Shown here one piece after another: positions 35,629-44,710 of a stretch of 46,359 nucleotides of DNA. Numbering within the stretch: the stretch's first letter is position 1; the number at the start of each line of letters is the position of its first letter. A program made the position numbers and the translations under genes. The notes beneath the pieces were generated by a model. The model saw only the letters and a list, made by a program, of their open reading frames with translations, was not told the DNA's origin and made no database searches. The DNA is from a virus (lineage: Duplodnaviria > Caudoviricetes), in the IMG/VR virus record IMGVR_UViG_3300037424_000570, positions 1 to 46,359 of that record. The stretch is one strand, 5' to 3'.

Positions 35629-36554
35629 TAGCTGTATACCCTCACTTTGCCGGGTTCACCGACATAATCCACCGTCCCGCCCAACGTCCAGGCGCTCCCC
35701 TCGTTCGGCTCGGGCAGGTTGTTGAGTTTCGGGCGGTACTTGGCTTCTTTGCGCTCGGCATTGCCAATGCTCTCCATCATCATGGCGATCTTGTCCGGGT
35801 CCTGGCCGCGCATCTGCCCAACCTTCCAGTGCATGCAGTAAGCCGCAGCCCCCCACTTGATCCAGTTGATGTCGTATTGGTCCGGAAGGGCGTCGTCGTC
35901 GCTGTCCAGCTCCGTAAAAGGCACGTTGTATGTCAGTCGGATGCGATAGCCGGCAACCGTTGGCTGTTGAAACTCGGTGAAGAACAGGTCATCGTTGAGG
36001 ATGTACCACTCCGCCTTTGGCACGGCCACGTAGTCATACGGCGCGCTGGTATTGCTGGCGATCTCCACCCGCTTGATGTTGAATTTCCCGGTGGGCAGGT
36101 CGTAATTCATCTGGTTGGCCACGGTGATATAAGCCGCGTCGGAGTATTGCAGATCCTCCCCGCCGATGTCGGACAGAATATAGTTGATACCCTGGCGCAA
36201 GATAAAGCGCGGATAAGTCCAGTCGGAAACGCTGTATAGGTCGCCGTCTTTTGTCACCGCATCAGCCGCAGCAAAAGTGAACGTCACGGCAGGCGATGTT
36301 CCCAGTTCATAGTCGCTTATCACCCGCGTGTCTCCCTGGTTGGCAACCGATGCGCTCGAACAGGTGACGAAAAAGATCGTACCGAAGTTATAGTAGTCGT
36401 CCGGCGGCGCGCTCCCGCTGCCCGTGGTAAATGGGAAGTTGGCATCCACCAGCGTGGTCTTGCCGGCCGCGCCGTCAGATGTTGCTTCGCTGTCGACCAC
36501 AGGCGTTATCAGCTTGGCGGTTGCCAGCGTTGCGCTAAATAATGTCTCGCTCAT
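35628..36554 (-). CDS. Tail adaptor/tubular A-like protein
   Basis: GINYIL...YDLP...RIRLTY...LPDQY..WIKWGAAAY pattern. Confidence 0.7.
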   Translation of the reverse strand: MSETLFSATLATAKLITPVVDSEATSDGAAGKTTLVDANFPFTTGSGSAPPDDYYNFGTIFFVTCSSASVANQGDTRVISDYELGTSPAVTFTFAAADAVTKDGDLYSVSDWTYPRFILRQGINYILSDIGGEDLQYSDAAYITVANQMNYDLPTGKFNIKRVEIASNTSAPYDYVAVPKAEWYILNDDLFFTEFQQPTVAGYRIRLTYNVPFTELDSDDDALPDQYDINWIKWGAAAYCMHWKVGQMRGQDPDKIAMMMESIGNAERKEAKYRPKLNNLPEPNEGSAWTLGGTVDYVGEPGKVRVYS

Positions 36555-36753
36555 ATTCTGCCTCCGTTTGGTGCAGCCATTCGCCGCGCTCCCTGCTCAT
36601 AACTGACACGATCCACCAGCCGATGTGAATGTCGGCGTACAGTGGTGCGATGCTCAAGTGCAATCCCGCGCTCAGCCACGCGCCCGCAAGCGCGTACACA
36701 TTCAGACATAGCGGCCCGAACAGCCAGTAGCGTGAACCCTCGAACCAGGTCAT
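36535..36753 (-). CDS. Small hypothetical protein (72 aa)
   Basis: ATGA-coupled start MTWFEGSRYW. Confidence 0.45.
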   Translation of the reverse strand: MTWFEGSRYWLFGPLCLNVYALAGAWLSAGLHLSIAPLYADIHIGWWIVSVMSRERGEWLHQTEAEYERDII

Positions 36754-37490
36754 ACAAGCTCGAGCATACCCAGCGCGATCTCCAACACCTGCTTCTCGGT
36801 CAGGGCAACCTTGTAGAACGCGCACGCCCCGATCTTGCCCAAGAAGAAGTTCGCCAACGATGACGAGTCGTGCGTGGCTCCAATGTGGGTGAGGTCCACG
36901 CTCGCCGGTGTGTTCGAGTTGGTGTCGCTGCCCTTGTTCCCAAAGTGGGTGTATGCTGTGGCGCGGCTGTTCTTCGAGTAGATAAACGCCGTCCGCAGGC
37001 TGGCGGTCGAAAACACACCTGCGCCCACGTACCACGTGCTTGCAACGTAGCCCGTCCCGGTCGTGGCGGTCCTGGCGGTTGCCGCCTGGGTGGATACCGC
37101 CGTCACCGGGTCGTTAGACGTAGCGCCCGCCGCCAGAATCTTGAACGAGTTGTGCGCCGAGGCTTCCCGGTCGATGGACATCAGCGCGTAGGCGGTCGTT
37201 ATGTCGTCTGAATTGAACAGGGCTATCATCGAGAGCGGGACAGCCGAAGCGATTGCGCCGCTGCCTACCGTCAGGTAGGTGGTAGCCCCATCGAATGTCC
37301 AGCCGGTCGCGGATGCGAATGTCGGCGTGGTCCCAATCGCGGCGTCGTTCGTCCCGCGGCTGTTGATGTTGAACAGGCTCTGCGAAATGTTGAGCGCGCC
37401 AATGGGTTGGAATGCGCACAGGCATTCACTTGGCTCAACCGTGCCGCGCAGCCACCAGGGTTTTACTCCAATTACTCTTTTCTCTGTCAT
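36750..37490 (-). CDS. LamG/concanavalin-like virion protein
   Basis: GWTFDGATTYL, WYVGAGV, IGA, FLGKIG..FY..AL. Confidence 0.7.
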   Translation of the reverse strand: MTEKRVIGVKPWWLRGTVEPSECLCAFQPIGALNISQSLFNINSRGTNDAAIGTTPTFASATGWTFDGATTYLTVGSGAIASAVPLSMIALFNSDDITTAYALMSIDREASAHNSFKILAAGATSNDPVTAVSTQAATARTATTGTGYVASTWYVGAGVFSTASLRTAFIYSKNSRATAYTHFGNKGSDTNSNTPASVDLTHIGATHDSSSLANFFLGKIGACAFYKVALTEKQVLEIALGMLELV

Positions 37491-37500
37491 TGCTTGCCTC

Positions 37501-37632
37501 CTATTTCTTCTTGGGCTTGCCTTTCTTCGCCTTGCGTTTCTTGGGCATCATGCCCTGCATTTCGGAATCTGCCATCATCATGCCGCCTGGCATCTTGTGC
37601 ATTCCCTTCTTCTTCATGGGTTTCTTAGCCAT
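37501..37632 (-). CDS. Tiny Lys/Met-rich protein (43 aa, not in ORF track)
   Basis: MAKKPMKKKGMHKMPGGMMMADSEMQGMMPKKRKAKKGKPKKK; GGAGGT RBS. Confidence 0.6.
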   Translation of the reverse strand: MAKKPMKKKGMHKMPGGMMMADSEMQGMMPKKRKAKKGKPKKK

Positions 37633-37799
37633 CACTTACCTCCTGGGCGTTTGCCCCGTCTCTTCTTACTCTTCTTAGACTGCGGCCTGGCCTTCCTGCT
37701 CGCTTGCGCGTTGGCGATCCTGGCCGCGCTCTCTTCGCTTTTGCCTTCTGCTCTCAAGGCCTCGTACACTTTCCAATTCTTTACCGTATTTCCAGGCAT
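37632..37799 (-). CDS. Small basic protein (55 aa, not in ORF track)
   Basis: VYEALRAEGKSEESAARIANA plus K/R tail. Confidence 0.65.
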   Translation of the reverse strand: MPGNTVKNWKVYEALRAEGKSEESAARIANAQASRKARPQSKKSKKRRGKRPGGK

Positions 37800-37802
37800 G
37801 GC

Positions 37803-38270
37803 TCACCCGAATAATTTCTTGTACCAGGGTCGGTTATCGACTTCGCCCTCTTCTTCGATTGCCGCAACCATCAGCGGCTCGCTCTTGTCCTCGACAGGTG
37901 CGGCGACAACTGGAGTATTCACAGGTTGCGCTTCCGCGGCCTTGACAACAACGGGCGTAACTACCGGTTTTGCTGACTTTGGATTCAGCCCGGCAAATGC
38001 GTTCCAAACCCGAACGACGGCGGTTTTGACCTCCGCGTCGCTTGCTTTGGCATCGCCAATCAGAGTCGCCACTGCCAACGCGAAGCGCGGCGCAAGCTCG
38101 TTGCTGCGCCGCATGACGTCCTGCGCCAGCGTCACCCGTCTCACATCAACGTCATAATCTCCGCTTGAGTTCTCTTCGCTTACGGCGATAGCAATCTCAA
38201 GCGCAGCCTGCATGACGCGCTCAAAAAATAAGTTTGACTTTGCTAGTGCCACCTGTTCGCTGTAGTTCAT
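37803..38270 (-). CDS. Hypothetical virion-associated protein
   Basis: GGAG RBS; late operon. Confidence 0.6.
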   Translation of the reverse strand: MNYSEQVALAKSNLFFERVMQAALEIAIAVSEENSSGDYDVDVRRVTLAQDVMRRSNELAPRFALAVATLIGDAKASDAEVKTAVVRVWNAFAGLNPKSAKPVVTPVVVKAAEAQPVNTPVVAAPVEDKSEPLMVAAIEEEGEVDNRPWYKKLFG

Positions 38271-38278
38271 GTTATCTC

Positions 38279-38971
38279 CTATAGTGCCGCCATAGCATCC
38301 GATACCGCTGCCACTTGGGTTGGGTTTAATACGGTGTCGTAGTACACGAATTGCGTGATTGTCGATCCGGCCAGACCCTCTGCCACGCCGCCATTGTTAT
38401 AACCACCAATGTACATTTCAGTAGTCGGTGTGGCGGTTTGTACGGCCAGGGCGCTTGCTTCTGCTGATCCATTCAGATAAGGTTGTACCCCCGCGATTGC
38501 AATAACTCCTGATGTGAGAGTACCGACAAAACTTGTACTGGAATTGTGTTGATAAAACCGTGATCCGCCTGTATGTCTCGGATAGGCTCTTAGCCTATTT
38601 GTTGCGGATTCGTATACACCAAAAAAAGGATTCCCAGATACCGCCGCTGCGTTAAAATTGATGATTACCGTACCCCCTTGATTCGCTGCTGGCACAACCC
38701 CGGTTTTCAAATATTGAGACGTCCCGTCAAAAGTCCAGCCTGTCGCGGTATTGAATGTGGGTGCAACCCCAAGCGCGGCGTCAAGCGTCCCTGGCGTAAT
38801 CAGGTTGATATAGCTCGCGGCCAGACTTGCCGCGCCCTTTGGCTGGTAAACGGCAATGCAATTCACCGCCGCGATCCCGCCCGTCAGATACCAGGGGATA
38901 GCCGCCGCCCCGCCCACCTTCTCGTTCCAGTGGACTATCATTGATTTCTGCGGGACGGTGCGTAATTTCAT
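38279..38971 (-). CDS. LamG/concanavalin-like virion protein, paralog of 36750-37490
   Basis: Shared QPxGA...S..N...GT.DAA.G..PTF..ATGWTFDG..YL N-terminus. Confidence 0.7.
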   Translation of the reverse strand: MKLRTVPQKSMIVHWNEKVGGAAAIPWYLTGGIAAVNCIAVYQPKGAASLAASYINLITPGTLDAALGVAPTFNTATGWTFDGTSQYLKTGVVPAANQGGTVIINFNAAAVSGNPFFGVYESATNRLRAYPRHTGGSRFYQHNSSTSFVGTLTSGVIAIAGVQPYLNGSAEASALAVQTATPTTEMYIGGYNNGGVAEGLAGSTITQFVYYDTVLNPTQVAAVSDAMAAL

Positions 38972-39561
38972 ATCCGGTACTCGATGTGCAGCTTCGGCGC
39001 GCTGGCTGCCGTCCCGTCGTAGGCGGTGATAGAGGTGTCCCGCGCCACGTCTCCCGCTCTCGATGTCCAGACAAAGCCCATCGCAGAACCCGCCGAGTAG
39101 TCGTAGCTGGCGACAAGCTCGGCCACGATTGCGCTCAGGTCAGCCGTGTTGAAGTTCCCCGGCGCTCCCAGATTGGCGCTTGCCCAGTTCACCGAGGCGG
39201 TCGTCCTTGTCCTGCCGCTGATGTTGTTGGCGTCGGTCGTGAACGTCCCAGGGTTGGCGGTGTCCAGCCCCGATATGGTCACGTCCGGCTCGTCCAGTGA
39301 TGCGGTTGGGAAGTTGAGCGTCAGGTACGCGGCCTCGATGGTTGCGCCAACCGGGATTGTCACAGCCAGGAAGCGTACCCCGTTCCACTCGTTCGCCCCG
39401 TCCACGTTAAGGAGCGTGGCGCTCGTGAGCGCCATCAAGCCACCGCTCTGCTCGTCGGCGTCGTCCGCGCTCGCACCCACCTGGTAGTCGAGCACCGCGG
39501 GGGCGACACCCTCGGCGGGGCTGTGAGCATGCAAGTGGAGATGGCGAACGAGGATGTGCAT
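38968..39561 (-). CDS. DNRLRE-like beta-sandwich virion protein
   Basis: GVRF..VTIPVGATIEAAYLTL...APKLHIEY. Confidence 0.6.
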   Translation of the reverse strand: MHILVRHLHLHAHSPAEGVAPAVLDYQVGASADDADEQSGGLMALTSATLLNVDGANEWNGVRFLAVTIPVGATIEAAYLTLNFPTASLDEPDVTISGLDTANPGTFTTDANNISGRTRTTASVNWASANLGAPGNFNTADLSAIVAELVASYDYSAGSAMGFVWTSRAGDVARDTSITAYDGTAASAPKLHIEYRI

Positions 39562-39867
39562 CTAGCGTCCGAATTGGTACTGGAGCGAAGCGGTCGCCGT
39601 CTCTTCGATCACCTTCACAACAGGTGTGAGAGGCGCAAGCGGGATGATCACCGGCGGGTCGCCCGCCTTCAACTGGAAGCCCAGCGACGTGGTAGCCGCT
39701 GTCCCGTCCAGCGTGAAGCGCACGTTCTGCGTCAGCGCCTGGATCATCAGCTTGCTTGCTCCTGCCGGGATTGTCAGCGAGACGGCGCTGGAAATCGCCA
39801 GGCCGCTGTTATGCGCGCCGACCGGGGTAAAGGCCAGATCGTTTACGTCTACGGTTGCTTTCGTCAT
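39562..39867 (-). CDS. Small beta-rich structural (decoration-like) protein
   Basis: IQALTQNVRFTLDGT..T.S.GFQL.AGD; GGAGG RBS. Confidence 0.6.
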   Translation of the reverse strand: MTKATVDVNDLAFTPVGAHNSGLAISSAVSLTIPAGASKLMIQALTQNVRFTLDGTAATTSLGFQLKAGDPPVIIPLAPLTPVVKVIEETATASLQYQFGR

Positions 39868-40259
39868 GTTTGTTCCTCCTGTTTTCGTACCTCCCCAGGC
39901 GCTTCGTCCTGAAGGCTTGGGGCCTCTTCTAGCGGCTCCGTGTCCCGGATGCGCCGCCCGTATTCGTCTTCTTGATGCCAGGGCATGGCGGGAACTTGCC
40001 CATGGAAATACCTGTGCCCGCGGTCTGCCGGGTGGTGTCTGAATAATCTGCTCACGGTCAGGTCTTTGCCGTACGTCTGCCTTATCTCGTCGGCCACGGT
40101 CTTATCCTTGACGATGCAGCGCCCTTTCTTATCCAGCTTTAGCTCGCCCATGCTGGTCTGCACCGACTTGACGGGCATCCCCTTGAACGAGTTGCGGACA
40201 GCGTAGATCATCTCACCCTGGCCGTGCTCAGCGTCTGCGTTGTGATCGGGCGCGCTCAT
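39864..40259 (-). CDS. Hypothetical protein
   Basis: Start MSAPDH adjacent to upstream stop. Confidence 0.55.
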   Translation of the reverse strand: MSAPDHNADAEHGQGEMIYAVRNSFKGMPVKSVQTSMGELKLDKKGRCIVKDKTVADEIRQTYGKDLTVSRLFRHHPADRGHRYFHGQVPAMPWHQEDEYGRRIRDTEPLEEAPSLQDEAPGEVRKQEEQT

Positions 40260-40260
40260 A

Positions 40261-40680
40261 TCACATCGTCTTTTCAATCACCTTCAGGACCGGTGACGAT
40301 TGCTGGGGCAGGTTCCCCAGCCTGATCTGGTAGTGTCTCTGGCACAGCGGCGTGGAGAACGAGCCGTCAGCCCAGAACGCGGCAAGCTGGTTGCCAAGCT
40401 CGCCGTCCGCCCGGATCGGGTGCGTCTTGCAGGCGAACACCGCCGTCACAGCGTGCTCCAGGTTGCAGTCCCAGCAGTCGCCGGAATACTCGTACACCGC
40501 TTCGCCGTTGCCGGTCTCGATGCGGTACTTCGGCTTGCCGCTGTCTACTTCTTCCTCCACGGTGTACTCTTCCACCACAGTCTCAGGCAGCGGGACTTTG
40601 ACTACCTCGCCTTCCTCAATCTTCAGCGCCGGTTTGCTGGTGTCGATCTTCTGTACTACCTTACGCTTGGTTGCTGTCAT
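40261..40680 (-). CDS. Hypothetical Cys-containing protein
   Basis: CWDC...LCQRH. Confidence 0.6.
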   Translation of the reverse strand: MTATKRKVVQKIDTSKPALKIEEGEVVKVPLPETVVEEYTVEEEVDSGKPKYRIETGNGEAVYEYSGDCWDCNLEHAVTAVFACKTHPIRADGELGNQLAAFWADGSFSTPLCQRHYQIRLGNLPQQSSPVLKVIEKTM

Positions 40681-40928
40681 TCCTGTTCATCCTTTCTTTC
40701 TAAAAGGTCTAGTATTTCCTGCTTGAGTTCTTCTAGGTCATAGCGCGGGTCAAAGTAAACTCTACAATTGTTATCTCCTTTAGACCACACCCGCACTTCC
40801 AGAATACCTGGGATCTTCTCGATTTCCCAGAAGCGCGGTGTAGGGTCGCCCCATACCATCAGCATTTGGCTGGCTTGGTCTTTATCGTCGATCAAATATT
40901 CTTTCAACTTCCTAGCCATCCTGCTCAT
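40677..40928 (-). CDS. Hypothetical protein
   Basis: Overlap-coupled ORF. Confidence 0.55.
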   Translation of the reverse strand: MSRMARKLKEYLIDDKDQASQMLMVWGDPTPRFWEIEKIPGILEVRVWSKGDNNCRVYFDPRYDLEELKQEILDLLERKDEQE

Positions 40929-41103
40929 CCTTTCTCTTCATCACGATCTCAACTAATGTGTTGCGCTCATCCGTGGGCGTGCTCGGGTCTTCGATTGCCC
41001 GCAGCATCGCCTGGTTATGCTTCTGCTCCATCACGCTCAGGTGTTGGCGCAGCTCGTCCAGGTTCTTCGCCTCTTGCACCAGGCTCTCAGTCCTCAGGCT
41101 CAC
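40912..41103 (-). CDS. Hypothetical protein
   Basis: GGAGG RBS, GTG start. Confidence 0.55.
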   Translation of the reverse strand: MSLRTESLVQEAKNLDELRQHLSVMEQKHNQAMLRAIEDPSTPTDERNTLVEIVMKRKDEQDG

Positions 41104-41350
41104 GTCTCGCCTCCAGGACTACCCCGAACATCTTCCCGCAGATCCCGCACCGCTGTTCCTCTCTCTTGTCCAGGTCGTACACCTGGCCTTTGCCGACGTA
41201 CTTCGGGACCACCTGCGGCCTGTGGCAGTGCGGGCATTCGACAATCAGCCACAATTCCTTGACGGTGGCTAACTCCGTGTCCATCCCGCCTCTTGTTTCA
41301 GATGGACTATCATTGCTCTTATTCCTTCTTTTGTTCCGCCCATGACCCAC
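41087..41350 (-). CDS. Zn-ribbon protein
   Basis: CPHC...CGIC; likely start MDTELA. Confidence 0.6.
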   Translation of the reverse strand: MGHGRNKRRNKSNDSPSETRGGMDTELATVKELWLIVECPHCHRPQVVPKYVGKGQVYDLDKREEQRCGICGKMFGVVLEARREPED

Positions 41351-41487
41351 ATGGTCTTATCTGATCCGCACCCATCACATTTCGAAAAGGGCCATGCGGG
41401 AATCGTAAGGTATTCTTGACTGTTCCCAAGTAACTTCGCACAGTCCTCACAAATGGAAAGAAGTTGAATGTTTCCGCTCATCGCCAC
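41269..41487 (-). CDS. Small Zn-finger protein
   Basis: CEDC...CDGC. Confidence 0.5.
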   Translation of the reverse strand: MAMSGNIQLLSICEDCAKLLGNSQEYLTIPAWPFSKCDGCGSDKTMWVMGGTKEGIRAMIVHLKQEAGWTRS

Positions 41488-42401
41488 GCTTCTCCCTGCT
41501 CTGCGCCGCCGTACAAGTTGCCGCTCAATAGCTTGCTTTGCTCGGGTAGGTAAATCTCCACACCCCTGCCAGCCGCCACACCCAGCCAGAACTCGGCGCT
41601 AGGCTTCTGCAAGGAGTACTCGTTGTCGCCCGCCATGTCGAACCCGTATACTTCGATGCGCTGGAAGTCCCCAAGCAGTGCCAGCGCCACCATGTAATCA
41701 AACGACGAATTGAAATACCTGATTGGCTTATCGCCCTTGCGGATGTTGCCCAGGAGTTCGTAGCATACGTCCTCAAGCGGGTAGGCTGTGCTCTTGGGTA
41801 CGTCCTTCAGCACGTGCGGCAAATAAATCGGTATCTTCCAGGGGTTCTCTCGCAGCCAGTCGTAGTGCCCATGTATTCCGCGCTTGGCGATCTTCTGACG
41901 GTAGGAGTTGTGAACCTGAAACCATGCGGTAGCCCTGGTGAAGAACTTGAAGGCGTGCGCCTCGTTCTCGCCCCAGATTTCTACATCGTTGTCCCTGAAT
42001 GGAGCCAGCCCGCACGAGCTGGATGCCAGCCCAACGAGAGCAACGGTTAATTTTCCTTTCCGCAGTCCGCGCAGTCTTTCCGCAACCTCGGGATCTTGCG
42101 GATCCAGCCGGTCGCTGAAGTCTGCGAACACGAACTTGTCATAAACGGACAGATAAGCCAGCGGCAGCTTGCCCTCTTCGTCCAGCTTCTTCAGCGCCGC
42201 CTCGATGTATTCCTTCGTCCAGTTGTCGAGATGGACTTCCTTAGCGTCAATCTGCTCGCTGTTCTTCAGCCGCTCCATCTCGTCCGGGCTGAACCCAACC
42301 ATGCCATGCACGCGCCGCAAGGTGTGGAGGGCGTCATACTTGCCCTCGTTCACGGTTAGCAGCTCAATCAGCGCGATGCGTTCCTGCGATTCCAGTTTCA
42401 T
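41478..42401 (-). CDS. Fusion of a 44321-type domain and a sialyltransferase/MAF-like glycosyltransferase-fold domain (307 aa)
   Basis: ATGA start 42401; N-part aligns with 44321-44656, C-part with 43539-44324. Confidence 0.7.
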   Translation of the reverse strand: MKLESQERIALIELLTVNEGKYDALHTLRRVHGMVGFSPDEMERLKNSEQIDAKEVHLDNWTKEYIEAALKKLDEEGKLPLAYLSVYDKFVFADFSDRLDPQDPEVAERLRGLRKGKLTVALVGLASSSCGLAPFRDNDVEIWGENEAHAFKFFTRATAWFQVHNSYRQKIAKRGIHGHYDWLRENPWKIPIYLPHVLKDVPKSTAYPLEDVCYELLGNIRKGDKPIRYFNSSFDYMVALALLGDFQRIEVYGFDMAGDNEYSLQKPSAEFWLGVAAGRGVEIYLPEQSKLLSGNLYGGAEQGEAWR

Positions 42402-42994
42402 TCCAACCCTCTTTCCAATATCCAGACGAACTCCCATTCCACGCCGCGCCCGATCAGGCTCTTCCCGATCTTCAGCCCGGCCTGTTTGAACTTTTCTTCC
42501 CACGTGCCGCGGTACAGGTGCCACTCCTCCTGCACGCTGCTGGCGTACCAGCCTTCATCACTGCGCCCCGACATCAGCAGATTATTGGGCGCTTCCAGGT
42601 AGATTATCCCGCCCGGATTGAGCATTGCCGCAGCCCGTACCAGCCCGTCAACCACATCCTCGAAGTGCTCGGCTACGCCCATCAGCGTGACCACCTCGAA
42701 CGGCCCGTGAGATACGACATCTTCAACTGTGCCGTGTACGAACACAGCCCCAGGCGCTCCAGCCCTGGCAAGACGGCAGGCCACCTCGGATACATCCACC
42801 CCGACGAAGCGCGTGTCAGGCCACAACATCTTTAGCAGTCCGATGGTGTGCCCGTTGCCGCAGCCCACGTCCAGCAGGCTCTCCGGTTCATGCCCCAGAT
42901 AGCCCTCGATGGACCAATAGGCGAACTCATCACGCGGCCCGGATGTCCACTTGTCGGGCTTATCGCGGTAGATCGCGTCGTAATCTGTATTCAC
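42398..42994 (-). CDS. Class I SAM-dependent methyltransferase
   Basis: LLDVGCGNG, GVDVS, GVAEH, LNPGG...APN; GTGA-coupled start. Confidence 0.88.
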   Translation of the reverse strand: MNTDYDAIYRDKPDKWTSGPRDEFAYWSIEGYLGHEPESLLDVGCGNGHTIGLLKMLWPDTRFVGVDVSEVACRLARAGAPGAVFVHGTVEDVVSHGPFEVVTLMGVAEHFEDVVDGLVRAAAMLNPGGIIYLEAPNNLLMSGRSDEGWYASSVQEEWHLYRGTWEEKFKQAGLKIGKSLIGRGVEWEFVWILERGLE

Positions 42995-43536
42995 TTTGCC
43001 GCCTTTCCGTAAGACATCGAAAGCCATTTTAGATATTCTTCCTGAGATGTCATGTCAGGCGAGTCGAACGAGTAGAATACCTTCTTGGTCGTCATGTCCT
43101 TGTAACGCTCTCCAACCAGGATGATGGTGTTCTCGCCGTCTTCGATGCAGGAATACGCAGCCCCGAGTTTGCTCAGCGTGTATTCCGCTTGCGGACGTCT
43201 ATGCTGTGTCTCGATTATCAGCGTACCGGCGGTGGCCAGCTTGCCAATCATCCAGCCCACCCATTCCCCGGCGTCGTCTACTCGCTCCAACGCCTGAACA
43301 CAGGTTATCAGGTCGAACTGCCCATTCACCTGCTCGCGCTCGGTGACAAACTCCTCGATCTCCGGCTTATCGTCGCCCAGCGTCAGGCCGACTATGACCG
43401 CCCAGTTCTGAACCTGGAGCTGCTGGAGCAGGTAGCCCGTGCCGCAGCCCACGTCCAGGCAGCGCTTGGGGGCAAGCTCCATTCGATCGGCGAGCGTCGC
43501 GATCCGGTCAGCGTGCTCGCGTGCGGACTTGTTCAT
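42991..43536 (-). CDS. Class I SAM-dependent methyltransferase
   Basis: CLDVGCGTG, FDLITCVQALE, GTLIIET. Confidence 0.8.
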   Translation of the reverse strand: MNKSAREHADRIATLADRMELAPKRCLDVGCGTGYLLQQLQVQNWAVIVGLTLGDDKPEIEEFVTEREQVNGQFDLITCVQALERVDDAGEWVGWMIGKLATAGTLIIETQHRRPQAEYTLSKLGAAYSCIEDGENTIILVGERYKDMTTKKVFYSFDSPDMTSQEEYLKWLSMSYGKAAK

Positions 43537-43538
43537 CG

Positions 43539-44324
43539 TTACCACCCATCCCCCTGTTCGTTGCCGCCGTACAGTCCAGACCACAACAGTTGGTTCCCTT
43601 CCGGCGTGTATATCTCAATCCCTTTTCCCATCGCGTACCCAACCCAGAACTCTGCGCACGCCTTCTGTTTCACGTACTCGACGTCATCAGCCATCTCGAA
43701 ACCATAGACCTCGATCCGCTCGAAGTCCTCCAATACGGCGACGCCCATCATGTAGGCGAACGAGCTGGTGAAGTATTTCACCTTCTTGTCGCCTTTGTTG
43801 AACAGCGGGAACACCTTGTCCATGATCTCGTGGAGTGGGTAGCCCACGCTCTTTGGTATGATCTCCTGGTAATACTGCATGTAGATCGGAATGTCCCAGG
43901 GGTTTTTCTTCAGCCAGTCGAAGTGGCCGCGCACGTCCCGTTTGGCAATGTATCGCTTCCACGAATCGGAGTTGTGGATCTGGAACCAGCGGGTGGCGCG
44001 CTTCATCCACGGGAACGCGTGAGCCTCGTTCAGCCCCCATATTTCCACGTCGGGATCATCGAACGGAGCCAGGCTGCACGATGTCGCCGCCATGCCAACT
44101 ATTGCGACAGTCTTCTTCCCTTTGCGCAGTTCTTTCAGCTTCGCGGCGGTCTCCGGGTCTTGAGGGCGCAAGACTTTTCCGACGTCCTCGCCAACAATCA
44201 GAGCCTCGTAATGGTCGGCGTACCCGTTCGTCCTGCGCACAACCCGGACGGCCATATTGCAGACCGGGCAGGTTGTGCGGTCGTTCTCGCCGCCGACAAT
44301 GATCGGAATGAGATTGCCGCTCAT
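43539..44324 (-). CDS. Sialyltransferase/MAF (GT29/GT42-like fold) protein
   Basis: VAIVGMAATS...EIWGLN...WFQIH...SSFAYMMGVA...IEVYGFEM. Confidence 0.65.
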   Translation of the reverse strand: MSGNLIPIIVGGENDRTTCPVCNMAVRVVRRTNGYADHYEALIVGEDVGKVLRPQDPETAAKLKELRKGKKTVAIVGMAATSCSLAPFDDPDVEIWGLNEAHAFPWMKRATRWFQIHNSDSWKRYIAKRDVRGHFDWLKKNPWDIPIYMQYYQEIIPKSVGYPLHEIMDKVFPLFNKGDKKVKYFTSSFAYMMGVAVLEDFERIEVYGFEMADDVEYVKQKACAEFWVGYAMGKGIEIYTPEGNQLLWSGLYGGNEQGDGW

Positions 44325-44656
44325 TGGTAGATAATAACGAACTTGTCAAAAACGCTCAGGTATTCTTCCGTTAGCTCTCCCTTGTTGTTCATCTCGGAGA
44401 GCGCATTGCGGAATACCCGAGTCATGTATTCATCGACCGGGACGTCCCTCACGACCTCGTTCGCCTTCTTGGTGCTCCACTGTGTTTGTGGTTTTCCGTC
44501 CGGTCCCTGGCCAGTTCTTATCTCGTAGAATGCAAGTTCTTCCGGTGTAAACGAAAGCATCTCCCTCGTGCGCCGGATAGTTCCCAGCGCGGCATAGTCG
44601 CCTTTCTTGGGGAGAAGAGTAAGCAAGGCGAGCCTCTCGTGTACTGCGAGTTTCAT
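44321..44656 (-). CDS. Phage hypothetical protein
   Basis: MKL..ERL.LL.LLP..G...LSFTPEE; paralogous to the N-terminus of 41478-42401. Confidence 0.65.
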   Translation of the reverse strand: MKLAVHERLALLTLLPKKGDYAALGTIRRTREMLSFTPEELAFYEIRTGQGPDGKPQTQWSTKKANEVVRDVPVDEYMTRVFRNALSEMNNKGELTEEYLSVFDKFVIIYQ

Positions 44657-44673
44657 TCAATTGACCTTTCTAC

Positions 44674-44697
44674 CCCGGAGGGCTTTCGCCCTCCGGG
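44674..44697 (-). terminator. 10-bp stem with GAAA loop after the capsid/decoration genes
   Basis: CCCGGAGGGC-GAAA-GCCCTCCGGG; no U-tract, so a stabiliser or leaky terminator. Confidence 0.55.
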
Positions 44698-44710
44698 AAT
44701 TACGTGATGG

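Noticed and set aside
36750-38971. Diversity-generating retroelement TR/VR pair
   Set aside because: No reverse transcriptase; similarity is N-terminal, protein-level and not adenine-specific
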